Below, piece after piece: positions 63,665 to 64,000 of a stretch of 64,000 bases of DNA (positions are counted from its first letter, which is position 1; each line of letters opens with the position of its first letter). Both the position numbers and the translations under genes were made by a program. The notes beneath the pieces are model-generated. The model saw only the letters and a list, made by a program, of their open reading frames with translations. It searched no databases and was not told where the DNA came from. This DNA is from an uncultured Microthrixaceae bacterium (GTDB taxonomy: Bacteria > Actinomycetota > Acidimicrobiia > Acidimicrobiales > DATDAH01), in assembly GCA_963845425.1 (NCBI GenBank), contig CAWJSC010000010.1, positions 451,968 to 515,967 on the forward strand, read 5' to 3'.

Positions 63665-64000
63665 GTGAGCCTCGTCGCCCGGACCCGGCGCCTCGACCAC
63701 GACGTCGACCTCCTGGCCGTTGCCGGTGTCGACGGCGTCCTCCTGGCCCGCGACGGCGTGGGTCTGGCCGGGCGCGGGACGGCGCTGGAGATCGAGGTCG
63801 ACGACGTCCGGGCGGCCCAGGCCGAACTGGCCGCCATCGAGGTCGACGACGAGGTCGGCGGTCCTGGCGCCGGCGCGGTCGCCTTCGGGGCCTGGCCCTT
63901 CCTACCCGCCGCACCCCGGCGCCTGCGCGTCCCCGAGGTCATCGTCGGCCGCGACGACCGAGGGAGCCGCTGGGTCACGACCGTGAGCGACATCGACCCC
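63665..64000 (+). CDS. menF: Probable isochorismate synthase N-terminus (partial, runs off the window)
   Basis: Hand translation from GTG 63665: VSLVARTRRLDHDVDLLAVAGVDGVLLARDGVGLAGRGTALEIEV...AFGAWPFLPAAPRRLRVPEVIVGRDDRGSRWVTTV. High GC3. The product is inferred mainly from position next to menG and the general N-terminal pattern. Confidence 0.5.
   Translation, partial: MSLVARTRRLDHDVDLLAVAGVDGVLLARDGVGLAGRGTALEIEVDDVRAAQAELAAIEVDDEVGGPGAGAVAFGAWPFLPAAPRRLRVPEVIVGRDDRGSRWVTTVSDIDP

Overview
This is a very GC-rich, densely coding chromosomal segment that looks actinobacterial. Third codon positions are almost all G/C, and GTG/TTG starts and 4-nt stop/start overlaps are frequent. All calls rest on reading the ORF translations for motifs, since no database search was possible.

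The backbone is housekeeping and resembles the mycobacterial uvrA...uvrB-coaE-rpsA-polA-pdtaR and hisD...trpA neighbourhoods as I recall them.

Contents from left to right:
- A small exopolysaccharide-type cluster: partial flippase-like gene, GT2, capsule-synthesis-like protein and priming sugar transferase.
- uvrA, two tandem paralogous polytopic GT-C-like membrane proteins, an SDR and uvrB.
- A fused membrane/spermidine-synthase-like protein, then coaE.
- An accessory-looking block sitting between coaE and rpsA. It holds a GAF histidine kinase, a NarL-type regulator, an Flp pilin, and a convergent cpaB-cpaE-cpaF-(vWA-tadB)-tadC-(GT-C-like membrane protein) Tad pilus operon.
- rpsA, a methyltransferase, polA, an ANTAR regulator and a DUF3105-like lipoprotein.
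- tRNA-Leu(CAA), followed immediately by a lower-GC, free-standing LAGLIDADG/HTH gene.
- A fabD-fabH-fabG-acpP-fabF operon, then fabZ and bcp.
- A divergent MocR regulator/aminotransferase pair, then hup.
- A 14-gene co-directional his-trp array (hisDCBHAF, GroES-like, hisI, trpE, YgfZ-like, trpCFBA).
- nth, mshD-like, a VIT transporter, rlmN, a nucleotidyltransferase, small membrane and zinc-ribbon proteins, two methyltransferases, an Eis-like GNAT and the start of menF.

I see no CRISPR array, IS element, prophage or recognisable defence system.

The observations most worth follow-up:
- the LAGLIDADG islet docked on the tRNA;
- a perfect 43-bp palindrome and a 57-bp x2 tandem repeat in the two largest non-coding gaps;
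- unusual Tad components: a vWA-TadB fusion, an Ala at the Flp cleavage site, and a GT-C-like last gene;
- a FabD fused to a lysine-less biotinyl-like domain;
- repeat architecture around the MocR/aminotransferase start codons;
- divergent gene pairs that share a CATG as both start codons.
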